A stretch of 61,354 nucleotides of DNA, filler included, from Deltaproteobacteria bacterium (lineage in GTDB: Bacteria; JAEEML01): NCBI GenBank assembly GCA_016283195.1. It is 6 parts of 6 records of this genome, joined end to end, with 100 filler letters (N's around TTAATTAATTAA, not from the genome) between each part and the next. Parts side by side here need not be neighbours in the genome. Positions count along the whole stretch, not along the records: positions 41,065 to 49,915 come from JAEEML010000003.1; 5 more parts are not named here. One strand, 5' to 3'. The notes beneath the pieces were generated by a model. The model had not been told where the DNA came from and searched no databases. It saw only the letters and a program-made list of their open reading frames with translations. Positions within the stretch are counted from its first letter, which is position 1. Every line of letters begins with the position of its first letter. Below, in pieces: positions 41,072 through 50,015 of the stretch. The position numbers and the translations under genes were made by a program.

Positions 41072-43795
41072 CTAGTGGGCTTTGGACCAATTATCACCAA
41101 AATGGGCCTCCACTTTTAGAGGCACTTCCAAAGTAACGGCATCTTCCATGGCCGTAACAGTAGATTCTAATACATCAAGACGCTCCGCGTCCAAAACTTC
41201 CAGCACTAATTCGTCGTGAACTTGCAAAATAATGCGTGAAGAGAGGTTGGCAGCCTTAAGAGCGCGATCGAGGCGCAGCATAGCCACTTTGATTAAATCG
41301 GCGGCACTGCCTTGAATGGTGGTGTTTATGGCCATGCGTTCGGCTTGATTGCGCATATTGCCGTTTTGGCTCAAAAGCTCAGGCAGGTAGCGGCGGCGGC
41401 CGAAAAGAGTGGTGACATAACCCAGGCGGCGGGCCTCTTTCAAAGTCTCGTCCATAAAGCGCCTAATGCCCGGATAGCGGCCAAAATAGCCATCTATGTA
41501 CTCTTTGGCCTCCCGGCTGCTAATGCCCAAATCCTGGCCCAATCTAAAGGCGCTAAGGCCGTAAATAATGCCAAAGTTGATAGTCTTGGCCCGCTGCCGG
41601 AGCTCGGGCGTTGAGTTGCCGAAAAGTTCTTTGGCCGTGCGCTCGTGAATATCGGCGCCCTCGCGGTAGGCAAGGGTAAAGGCCGGATCGCGGCTAAAGT
41701 GGGCTAGGAGCCTAAGTTCTATCTGCGAATAATCGGCCGAAAGCAGGGTAGAGCCCGGTGCGGCAATGAAGGCTTTTCTTATCTCGCGCCCCAGAGGCGA
41801 GCGCACTGGGATATTTTGCAAGTTGGGATCGCTGCTGGAGAGGCGACCGGTGGCAGTGCGTGCCTGGTTGAAGGTGGTGTGCACACGGCCGTTTTTGTCC
41901 AGTACTTTTAAAATGGCATCAACATAAGTGCTCTCGAGCTTACTCAGCTGGCGATGCTCCAAAACCAGCTTGGGGAGCGGATGCAGCAGGGCCAGGGTCT
42001 CCAAAGTTTCTTGGTCGGTGGCATAGCCGGTGGAGCGCTTCTTCTGGTGTGGCAAGCGCAGTGTCTCAAAAAGATAAGTCGAAAGCTGCTTGGGTGAAGA
42101 AATATTAAGCTCGGTACCGGCGGGCAGGAGCGCATTAATCTCGCTGTTTATGCCGGCTATTTGCTCTTTAAGGTGGCGGCCGAAATCCAGAAGGGCGTCT
42201 TGATCTATTTTTACGCCGTCCCACTCCATTTGGGTGAGGAGAGTGGTCAGCGGCAGCTCTATTTCATGGTAAAGTTTGAGCATACCGCTATGTTCCAATT
42301 TTTTGAGCAAAATTTCATGCAAAGCGGCAATGGCGCTTGCCCTGGTGCCAAAATAGGCGGCGCAGTTTTCCACAGCCATGTCGCTGAGCTCGGCTTTGCC
42401 TGGTTTTTGGCCAAAAAACTGCTCAAAATGGAATTCGCGCCCCAGATAGACGTGCATCAGGTGTTCCAGGCCGATGCCGTGATTTTCCGGGTCTAAAAGA
42501 TAGGCGGCCAGCATGGTATCGCCGCTGAAAATCGGCAGTTTGCCGGCCCCGATTTTCATGAATGTCCAAATGGCTCTGGTGATATATTGGCCAACGAGTT
42601 TTTTGTTTTTTATAATGGGCAGCAACTTATCCAGCACTACAGGTAGAGCCAGTTGTTCCGGCATTCCGAGGTAACTATGGTTTAGCGGAATATAAGCAGG
42701 AGCGCCATTATCAGGCTTTAAAGCCAGGCCAAGGAGCAGAGATTTTTTGGCGTTCATACCGGCTAACCCGGCTTCAATAACCAAAGTTTCGGCCGCTTCC
42801 ATAGTTGTCGCCAGCTCATTAAGCGCGCTTTTGGTGGTTATGATATTTACTTTTTCGTCTATCTCCGGTGCTGCCGGCGGCGGCTCTTCCTCTTGTGTTT
42901 CCGGAAAATCCATCTGCCTTTCAAATTCCAGCCTCTCTGCTTCCATGGCACTGGCTTTTACTCTGGAGGCTAAATCGCGCATTTCCATCTTTTGGAGAAA
43001 GGGCAGCAAGGTGGCAAAAGCGAGGCCCTTAAAAGTCATAGCGGGGAAAGGCGGTACATCTGGTACTGTGTGGCAAATAGTGGCCAGAGTGCGCGATAGA
43101 AGCGCCTGCTCTTTATTCTCCAAAAGGCTCTTTTGCACCGAGGGCGGCGTGATGGCCGCGGCATTTTGTAAAATAGCATCCAAATTACCATACTCGGCCA
43201 AAAGGCGGGCGGCGGTTTTAGCGCCTATTTTTGGCACTCCGGGGATATTATCTGAAGAATCACCCAAGAGGGCCAGATAATCCACCACTTGCTGCGGATA
43301 AACACCTAGTTTTTCAATGATTTTGCCATCGGTATAATGGTTGCCGCTGGTGGGGTCGATGAGCTCTATGCCCGGGCCCACCAGCTGGGCCAAATCTTTA
43401 TCGCCGGAGACCACCACTACTTGGTAGCCCGCTTTTTGGCCGGCCGCGGCCAAAGTGCCAAGCAGGTCATCGGCTTCGTATCCCGGGCGCTCCCAGGAAA
43501 AGAGGCCCATAGCGGCTATGAGCTCGCGCACCAGCGGAAACTGGGCTACCAAATCCTCCGGTGGGGCCTGGCGGTTAGCTTTGTAATCGGCATATAACTC
43601 ATGGCGAAAAGTGGGGCCTTTCATATCATAGCAAACACAGATGGCATCAGGCTCTTCGCTCGAAAGCAGGTTTAAGAGCATTTTGGCCACGCCGTAAACG
43701 GCATTTACCGGCGTGCCGTCGGCGGTGGATAGCGGCCGGATACCATAAAAAGCGCGGTGAATATAACCGGAGCCGTCAATCAGATATAGCCTCAT
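41072..43795 (-). CDS. polA: DNA polymerase I
   Basis: 5'-exonuclease (EADD, GDSSDNIPGV) and polymerase motifs TGRLSS, DYSQIELR, KTINFGIIYG, QVHDEL. Confidence 0.97.
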   Translation of the reverse strand: MRLYLIDGSGYIHRAFYGIRPLSTADGTPVNAVYGVAKMLLNLLSSEEPDAICVCYDMKGPTFRHELYADYKANRQAPPEDLVAQFPLVRELIAAMGLFSWERPGYEADDLLGTLAAAGQKAGYQVVVVSGDKDLAQLVGPGIELIDPTSGNHYTDGKIIEKLGVYPQQVVDYLALLGDSSDNIPGVPKIGAKTAARLLAEYGNLDAILQNAAAITPPSVQKSLLENKEQALLSRTLATICHTVPDVPPFPAMTFKGLAFATLLPFLQKMEMRDLASRVKASAMEAERLEFERQMDFPETQEEEPPPAAPEIDEKVNIITTKSALNELATTMEAAETLVIEAGLAGMNAKKSLLLGLALKPDNGAPAYIPLNHSYLGMPEQLALPVVLDKLLPIIKNKKLVGQYITRAIWTFMKIGAGKLPIFSGDTMLAAYLLDPENHGIGLEHLMHVYLGREFHFEQFFGQKPGKAELSDMAVENCAAYFGTRASAIAALHEILLKKLEHSGMLKLYHEIELPLTTLLTQMEWDGVKIDQDALLDFGRHLKEQIAGINSEINALLPAGTELNISSPKQLSTYLFETLRLPHQKKRSTGYATDQETLETLALLHPLPKLVLEHRQLSKLESTYVDAILKVLDKNGRVHTTFNQARTATGRLSSSDPNLQNIPVRSPLGREIRKAFIAAPGSTLLSADYSQIELRLLAHFSRDPAFTLAYREGADIHERTAKELFGNSTPELRQRAKTINFGIIYGLSAFRLGQDLGISSREAKEYIDGYFGRYPGIRRFMDETLKEARRLGYVTTLFGRRRYLPELLSQNGNMRNQAERMAINTTIQGSAADLIKVAMLRLDRALKAANLSSRIILQVHDELVLEVLDAERLDVLESTVTAMEDAVTLEVPLKVEAHFGDNWSKAH

Positions 43796-44059
43796 TATTT
43801 TCTCCTTCTATGCTCATCACATTATCGGCCCAGAGCTCGCACTGGCTCATCACGGTTTGGATGGCATCGTCCATGCCTTCAGGCGGATATTTATGATCTT
43901 TTAGCAATTTTCTTATCATCAAGCGATCTTCGCCGGCAGTGATGGTCCGGCGTGACTTTCGGATAAATCGCTCAGCACGCAAATGGCGTTATAAATAAAC
44001 ATGGCCGAAATGGCATGCATATAATTTCTGATTTGCAAATAAGCTTCGGTGTAGGGCAT
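43776..44059 (-). pseudogene. hsdR: Collapsed type I restriction subunit R remnant
   Basis: ATG 44059 with AAGGAG; MPYTEA/YLQIRNYMH..SAMFIYNAICVLSD..AG, frameshift, TITAGEDR, then LMIRKLLKDHKYPPEGMDDAIQTVMSQCELW (DUF3387-like C-terminus). Confidence 0.8.
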
Positions 44060-44469
44060 AATGCCGCTCCTTCATGCTCTTTGGCCCCTAAAAAAGACAC
44101 TGGGGCGCCAGCAGGAGGTTATACCCATTAAGTTTTATAGTCCAATTTTAGGGCTGGGCGCCGGGCTGCGGGAAATTTTCATATAATAATACACAGCTGT
44201 CCCACACCTTTTAAAGCAAATAAAGTTATTTAGTTTCAACAAGTTCTCGCGTTTGGCTTATGAGAAAGTCTTCCAAATTTTCCAAGAATTCATGTCTCGA
44301 AATAAGGCCTAGCAAATCATGGAAAATAGTGTTAGTGTGCATTTCGGCTTATATAATTTCGATATAAGTAGGTTTTTTTGCACAATCTTTATATTGAAAA
44401 CCTGGGATATAAGCCACTTTTTTTAGATTTCTGTGGAACAGCAGTGATTTAGAGGAATATGGAGGTTTT

Positions 44470-45171
44470 ATGAAAAAAGTCAAGCTATTATCATCTATCA
44501 TCATCCTGGCCACGGTAGCTTTTATCGCTGCTTGCGGCTCTCATGGCCAAAACTCACCGGAAGAAAATGAGCCGGATGGCGATACTTGGAGCGGAATTTA
44601 TATGCAGGATACAGCCGGCAAAAGCTATAGAGCCATAGCAATTGGCCAGCAAATCTGGATGGTAGATAATATGGCCACCGATACAGCCACCGATGGTAGC
44701 CCTGTTACCTGTTTAAGTAACTTTCAGGCCACCAGTGATTATGGCTGCCTATATAACTCAACCGATGCTATGAAAGTATGTCCGGCCGGCTGGCATTTGC
44801 CGGATAGGGCCGAGTTTGAGACTCTTTTAAAGAGTGCGGGAACCAATAACAATCAGGAAACACCCAATCCGGCCGCTCTAGCTCTCATGGCCAAGGATGC
44901 GGCCTGGCAGAGTGAATATAGCGATAAAGCCAATAATAGCACATTATTTAGCGCCCTGCCTGCCGGATACTGGAACAATGGCAACTATCATAATTTTGGT
45001 AAAAGCGCCGCCTTCTGGTCGGCCACAATAAAAGAAGAAAACATGCCTGATGGCGCCAATTCAAATGGAAATTACTATGCCTATTATCTCGATTTGGGTA
45101 ATGGCCAGGCCAGTGTGTCTTATGTCCTATCTCATTACACCTTATCTGTTCGCTGCGTAAAAAATAACTGA
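44470..45171 (+). CDS. Lipoprotein with a FISUMP (Fib_succ_major) domain
   Basis: Lipobox IAAC; IGQQIWMVDN, YGCLY, CPAGWHLP, FSALPAG, FWS, SVRCVK. Confidence 0.92.
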   Translation: MKKVKLLSSIIILATVAFIAACGSHGQNSPEENEPDGDTWSGIYMQDTAGKSYRAIAIGQQIWMVDNMATDTATDGSPVTCLSNFQATSDYGCLYNSTDAMKVCPAGWHLPDRAEFETLLKSAGTNNNQETPNPAALALMAKDAAWQSEYSDKANNSTLFSALPAGYWNNGNYHNFGKSAAFWSATIKEENMPDGANSNGNYYAYYLDLGNGQASVSYVLSHYTLSVRCVKNN

Positions 45172-45239
45172 GCGCCGGCTAAAGAAGTTTTTTCCTGTTT
45201 TCGCCCCGTTGGGCCAGAAAGTGCGAGCTGGTTTTTAAT

Positions 45240-45323
45240 ACAAAGCACTCAGGCGGCATCCCAAAGTTGCTTTTCAAAACCGATATTTGCCGGTGAAGAT
45301 TCTGCTTTTTTCTGTCTGGCCAT
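45240..45323 (-). pseudogene. hsdM: Type I R-M methyltransferase N-terminal remnant
   Basis: ATG 45323 with GGGGAG; MARQKKAESSPANIGFEKQLWDAA*VL matches the HsdM N-terminal motif. Confidence 0.7.
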
Positions 45324-45341
45324 CTTAATAACTCCCCAAAA

Positions 45342-46040
45342 TTACCTTATTCGCTCCAACCCGCGGCGCTCCATCTCTTTGGTAAAATAACCGCCGGTCA
45401 GGCCGTCCAAAATGGCCTCATATTCCTGAATGCGCTGTGCCAGAGTCAGTTTGGCTAAAGCTTCGCTAGCAGGTTGAGAAAGATATTGTAGCACTGCCTG
45501 GCGGCGGGCAAAATAGGCCCGCGTAACCTCTTTTACCAGATTATTGCGCATCCCGTGCAGGGCATAAGTTTGCAATTCCGCCGGGTTAAAGGCTAAAGTG
45601 GCCAAATCCCAGGTGCCGCCGACAATGAGCCCCCAGCCGCCATATTGCTCTTTAGAGAGCGAATCCATGCCCAAAGTAGGATCGCGCAGAGTGCCGGCCG
45701 TTTCGTGCCAGCCGTAGCCGTATTGAGCAGAAAAAGTAGGCAAAAGCGCCCGCAAATTGGAGGCGGTATTAATGCTTTTGATATTTTGCGGAGCCACTTT
45801 GTTATATTTTGCCGCTTGTTCCATCACCTCTTGCGGGGTGGGCTCGGTAGCAAAGCGGCGAGCCGCAATAACCGCCGGATCAATAATCGGTAGGCCGCCG
45901 GGGCCGGGAGGCACAGGTGGGAGATTGGTGGCTTCCTCACCGGCCGGCACCACCGGGCCTTTGTCCGGAGTAGCATTTTTGTTCACAGGCGTAGGGTTGG
46001 CCAAAAATAAAGCGATCAAAAGTAGGGTACTAGGGTGCAT
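45342..46040 (-). CDS. Secreted protein with a single OEP/TolC-like repeat
   Basis: AGGAGG RBS, signal peptide, LLPTFS..., TWDL, EVTRAYFARR, LDGLTGG. Confidence 0.55.
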   Translation of the reverse strand: MHPSTLLLIALFLANPTPVNKNATPDKGPVVPAGEEATNLPPVPPGPGGLPIIDPAVIAARRFATEPTPQEVMEQAAKYNKVAPQNIKSINTASNLRALLPTFSAQYGYGWHETAGTLRDPTLGMDSLSKEQYGGWGLIVGGTWDLATLAFNPAELQTYALHGMRNNLVKEVTRAYFARRQAVLQYLSQPASEALAKLTLAQRIQEYEAILDGLTGGYFTKEMERRGLERIR

Positions 46041-47469
46041 ATATAACCTCCTTATTTCCACTCAGGGATATAGTGTGAAAGTTCTTGTTATCACTATAAT
46101 TATTTAATAATGCCGTGAGTTCTTCCAGGCGCAGCAATAAAATATTAAGCTCTTCTTTGTCGCTTGGGGCCTCTTGATAAAGCTTTATCAAAAGCTGCCG
46201 TCTCTCAGTATAAGTATCGGTAATTTCAGTAATAAGCGCATTGCGCAGCCGCTCCAGACGCGGCCACTGGCGGCCGGTAATGCGGCTATCGTGAACCAGC
46301 CCCCAAATGTCCCAACTGGCCACCAGCTTAATGCTCCAAATGGTTTTGTCATCATCGGCTGTCCAGCCATCCATCTGTTGCAAAAACTTGGTGGGGTTCC
46401 ACCATTGATTGCCCAAAGCGTGTTTGCGCCGCCGCACAATCGGCGCTCCGTGGGGCACAGAGCCCAATTTACCAAGACCAAAAGCCTGCCAGGTCATGTA
46501 ATTGCTGCCGGCCGAAAAGTCCAAATTAACATAGGGCAAAAAGTGCGATAACATAATGTGTTTTTTATGCTTTTCAATATCTTCGCGCCGGAGTTTATAG
46601 GCCGTGAGTATATCATCTAAAGCAGTGGCCAAATCTGGGTCGGCGGTCAAAATATGGGCAATATTTTTCTGCCAGGCCGGAGCGGGCAGGGTAGGAGCGG
46701 CAGCAATGTATTCATAGATTACTTTGGGGGTAATAAGCCAAATTTGCTCAGGTTTTTCCGCCGGAGCATAAAATGATGGTTCTTCTGTCACCTCCGGCGG
46801 CAAAAAGGCATCCGGCGGCGGAGAAACTTTATTTTTCGCTTTTCCCGGCTCTCGAGGCATTTCTCCGCCCCAATGAACCCAACTAAGCCCTCGGTCAGAG
46901 GAACGGTAAATTCCGTCAGAAGTCGCCGCCAATATTGTTTTGTTATCGCTTAAAACAGCTATTTGATTGATGGTAAGCGGCGCGCGGCCGTTATCCCACA
47001 GATAATAGCCCAATATATTGCCGGGGTCACTCCAGCTGACAGAGCGCCGCAGAATGCCATAGTCATAGCCGGTAAAATCCTTGCCGCGCACCCGGCCGAT
47101 ATCCGGCTGGTAATGGATGGAATTTGTTGTCATTTTGGTGAGCGGGAAATTGAGCTTTGGCTGCTTATCGCGCCGGCCGGTATCTGGTAGCTCGATTTCT
47201 TCCATATACATATAGTCGTATTCATGGTTATTGGCGCCTAAAAGAGCTTCCTGCCAAGTGCGGCCATTATCATGAGAAATATAAATAATTCCGCGATTTG
47301 TACCCACATAGACACTCTGGCCGTCGGGAGAAAAAGCCATATTTCTAAATAGCGTTTTTTGCCGCTGACCGGTGAGCTTGGGGAGAAAATATCCGGCCTG
47401 CGCACTCTCGCGCCACAAAAAGCTGATGAGCAGCAGGAGCAGCATTAGTGAGAAGCGGCGCGGCATCAT
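46030..47469 (-). CDS. Secreted protein with BNR/Asp-box repeats and a C-terminal domain paralogous to the downstream gene
   Basis: Asp boxes SHDNGRTW and SSDRGLSW; FLPYVNL, SWDI, EITDTYTERR, LEELTALL. Confidence 0.6.
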   Translation of the reverse strand: MMPRRFSLMLLLLLISFLWRESAQAGYFLPKLTGQRQKTLFRNMAFSPDGQSVYVGTNRGIIYISHDNGRTWQEALLGANNHEYDYMYMEEIELPDTGRRDKQPKLNFPLTKMTTNSIHYQPDIGRVRGKDFTGYDYGILRRSVSWSDPGNILGYYLWDNGRAPLTINQIAVLSDNKTILAATSDGIYRSSDRGLSWVHWGGEMPREPGKAKNKVSPPPDAFLPPEVTEEPSFYAPAEKPEQIWLITPKVIYEYIAAAPTLPAPAWQKNIAHILTADPDLATALDDILTAYKLRREDIEKHKKHIMLSHFLPYVNLDFSAGSNYMTWQAFGLGKLGSVPHGAPIVRRRKHALGNQWWNPTKFLQQMDGWTADDDKTIWSIKLVASWDIWGLVHDSRITGRQWPRLERLRNALITEITDTYTERRQLLIKLYQEAPSDKEELNILLLRLEELTALLNNYSDNKNFHTISLSGNKEVIYAP

Positions 47470-47472
47470 AGA

Positions 47473-47739
47473 TTAACCGGTGATGAGTTTAGCAATATTT
47501 TCCCAAAAAATTAGCACCAAGATAGCGCATATCGCGCTGCAAACCGAGAGAAAAATCAAGCATTTTTGCCAAATACTCATCTCTCCAAAGAGGGCCATCT
47601 TTTGGGCAAAAGCGGAACGTTCATCACGCCTGCTGCGCCTTATTTGCATACTCTTTTGCTGCATATTATTCAGCTGGGCCAAGGGGACATAAATGGCCAG
47701 CAAAACAAAAATAAGCACATAAATAGCAAGCTGGCTCAT
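47473..47739 (-). CDS. Small two-TM hypothetical protein
   Basis: Two hydrophobic segments; tight operon spacing. Confidence 0.6.
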   Translation of the reverse strand: MSQLAIYVLIFVLLAIYVPLAQLNNMQQKSMQIRRSRRDERSAFAQKMALFGEMSIWQKCLIFLSVCSAICAILVLIFWENIAKLITG

Positions 47740-47741
47740 GA

Positions 47742-48299
47742 CTAGCGCACCCACCCGGGCGGTACCCCAGCTTTCCGCGCCTGCTCCGGCAAATCTTTTT
47801 CAAGAAATTTCTTTGTATTTTCGATTTCTTGCAATTTCGCCGCCCGCATTTCTTCAAATTCGCGGATTTTTTGCTTATTTTGCAGCAAAAAGGCTAGCTC
47901 TCCCATGTTTCTGAGAGCAGCCAGTTCCTCTTCGATTTTGGCAAATTCATCGGTAAGGGCAATTAGTTTTTGGCGATTTGTGTGCAAGATATTTTGCCAA
48001 TATTCTTTGCTTTTTTCCGGATATGGCGAAATTGCCGGAGCCGGATTATTGTCATAGAGTTTCGGCGTCGGCGCCGCGGCCGCAGGGCGCGCCAAAATAA
48101 TTTTGCCGTTTTGGTCTTCTTTTACCTCACCGCGAGCCTTTAATTCCTCGATTTTTTTTAAATAAATTGAGTAATATGGCTCTGGTATCTGAGTCATATC
48201 ATCAGTGATGTGGATAACACCCTGTTTATCGACCCAGCGCAAAAGGAGGGGCTGATTCGTAGCAGTGGCCAATAATAAAAATAAAGCTAACCACTTCAT
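47742..48299 (-). CDS. DUF4124-domain protein
   Basis: RWVDKQGVIHITDD..IP; coiled coil; ARKAGVPPGWVR ending. Confidence 0.8.
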   Translation of the reverse strand: MKWLALFLLLATATNQPLLLRWVDKQGVIHITDDMTQIPEPYYSIYLKKIEELKARGEVKEDQNGKIILARPAAAAPTPKLYDNNPAPAISPYPEKSKEYWQNILHTNRQKLIALTDEFAKIEEELAALRNMGELAFLLQNKQKIREFEEMRAAKLQEIENTKKFLEKDLPEQARKAGVPPGWVR

Positions 48300-48322
48300 T
48301 CTGGCCTCCGTGAAGAAATATT

Positions 48323-49738
48323 TTAGATGCTAACAAAATCGTTATTAATGAGATAAGCAGCCAGTTCGTGGGAGATAAAATTCAAAATACCCACCTCTTC
48401 GGGATTATAAGGGCCGCTGGCTGTGCGATTTATGAGCTCAATAACGCCAAAAACACGGCCGTTTTTCTGCGCCGGGCTGCAAAGAATTGTGCGATTATCA
48501 TAAGAAAGACTTTTGGATATTTCGTTATAAAAACGATTATCTGCCTGCACATTGCCCACAGCCAGGGTAACGCCGTCGAGGGCCGAAAGCCCAACAATTC
48601 CCACACCCATGGGTACACGGAATTTCATCACTTCATGCGCTTTGGGGCCGCGAGCGGCAGCAAAATAAAGATCATGCTGATTTATATCGGCAATAAAGAC
48701 CGAACCTGATTCTGAGGGGATATACTTTAGTGCCGCATCAAGGAAGAAATAACAGGCACTCTCAAGATCGGTAGCCGCAAAATAAACATCTTGCATCTCT
48801 TCTAAAAGCTGGGCGTAAATTTCGGCTGTTAACTCTCCGGCTTGGACAACTTGCGGAGCCGGGGGCACAAATTTTTCAGCCGGCTTAAGCGGCTGTTGTT
48901 TAACAATCTTTTGCGGCGCGGCACTCGGTGACGGCGGAGGAGGATCCGGCAAAACCATTTGGCCGGCATAAACCTCAGGAGCCGGCGCAGGAGATGGCAC
49001 GGGCGCAGGTGCAGGAGTAGGAGGAACAGGGGGAGCAGAAACAGGGGCCACCTGAGCAACCACTCTGGCATTTAAAGAGCTGGCAGCAACCGGTGGGGCA
49101 ATATGCGCATCGGCAAGTTGCTTATTGATAAGCGTATTGGCATCTACCGGGGCCTTTAAAATAGCTGTTGCCATTACAGGAGCCGGAGCAGGCACAGGCG
49201 CTGGAGCAGGCACAGGGGCCGGAGCGGGCACAGGAGCCGGAGCGGGCACAGGAGCCGGAGCGGGTACAGGAGCCGGAGCGGGCACAGGAGCCGGAGCGAG
49301 TACAGGTGCTGGAGCTGGTACAGGAGCTGGAGCAGGTATAGGTGCCGGAGCTGGCACAGGAGCCGGAGCGGGTACAGGTGCCGGAGCAGGCACAGGCGCT
49401 GGAGCAGGTATAGGTGCCGGAGCTGGCACAGGAGCCGGAGCTGGCACAGGCGCTGGAGCAGGTATAGGTGCCGGAGTGGGCACAGGTGCCGGAGCTACAG
49501 GCTGCGGAGCTTCATCTTCCGGCAATTCGCGAATTCTAATGGTGTAATCTTTACCTGGCTCGGTAATATACATCCCGTCATCGCGAAAATCACATTCGAC
49601 ATTTTTAATATCGGTAATATTGCCAAGCTTAGCCAAGCCAACTTTCATGGCTTGCAACATGGTATTAGCTTTTATTTTAGCAGTAATATTGAAGCCTGTT
49701 GTCTCATTGGCCGGAATAAAGACCTCAAAATTGGCCAT
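48323..49738 (-). CDS. GAF-domain protein with a long Pro/Ala linker
   Basis: C-terminal GAF ([25 protein letters not shown]); (PAPAPV)n linker. Confidence 0.85.
   Translation of the reverse strand: MANFEVFIPANETTGFNITAKIKANTMLQAMKVGLAKLGNITDIKNVECDFRDDGMYITEPGKDYTIRIRELPEDEAPQPVAPAPVPTPAPIPAPAPVPAPAPVPAPAPIPAPAPVPAPAPVPAPAPVPAPAPIPAPAPVPAPAPVLAPAPVPAPAPVPAPAPVPAPAPVPAPAPVPAPAPVPAPAPVMATAILKAPVDANTLINKQLADAHIAPPVAASSLNARVVAQVAPVSAPPVPPTPAPAPVPSPAPAPEVYAGQMVLPDPPPPSPSAAPQKIVKQQPLKPAEKFVPPAPQVVQAGELTAEIYAQLLEEMQDVYFAATDLESACYFFLDAALKYIPSESGSVFIADINQHDLYFAAARGPKAHEVMKFRVPMGVGIVGLSALDGVTLAVGNVQADNRFYNEISKSLSYDNRTILCSPAQKNGRVFGVIELINRTASGPYNPEEVGILNFISHELAAYLINNDFVSI
49176..49499 (-). repeat. 18-bp coding tandem repeat, (PAPAPV/I)n, about 18 units
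   Basis: Repeating acaggagccggagcgggc-type units on the plus strand. Confidence 0.92.
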
Positions 49739-49813
49739 TTAATAACCTCGCGTTTTTATTGATAAATAGCTATGATTCCTGTTGCTCTTACTGGCACTTG
49801 GCATCATCGTATT

Positions 49814-49915
49814 TTAAGATTGGCAGGCCGGCTTTTTTATCGGTCATCGTTAAGGTCTTAACATTGCTCACCCCGCTGACCTTGGGCACCGGCGTATACT
49901 TGTATTCAAAGCTGA
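49814..49915 (-). CDS. C-terminal fragment of an unknown gene
   Basis: SFEYKYTPVPKVSGVSNVKTLTMTDKKPACQS* open from the contig edge. Confidence 0.5.
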
Positions 49916-50015
49916 NNNNNNNNNNNNNNNNNNNNNNNNNNNNNNNNNNNNNNNNNNNNTTAATTAATTAANNNNNNNNNNNNNNNNNNNNNNNNNNNNN
50001 NNNNNNNNNNNNNNN
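49916..50015. other. Artificial contig spacer
   Basis: 44 N + TTAATTAATTAA + 44 N. Confidence 0.98.

Noticed and set aside
44950-45171. Asn-rich FISUMP C-terminus as a DGR template repeat
   Set aside because: It is coding, uses mixed AAT/AAC codons, and does not align closely with the variable segments at 54362-55205.
49176-49499. Possible CRISPR array
   Set aside because: Contiguous coding repeat with no spacers. No repeat-spacer array or cas gene was seen anywhere in the window.
49125-49547. Silk-like (GAGAGT)n ORF
   Set aside because: Antisense reading of the PAPAPV repeat.
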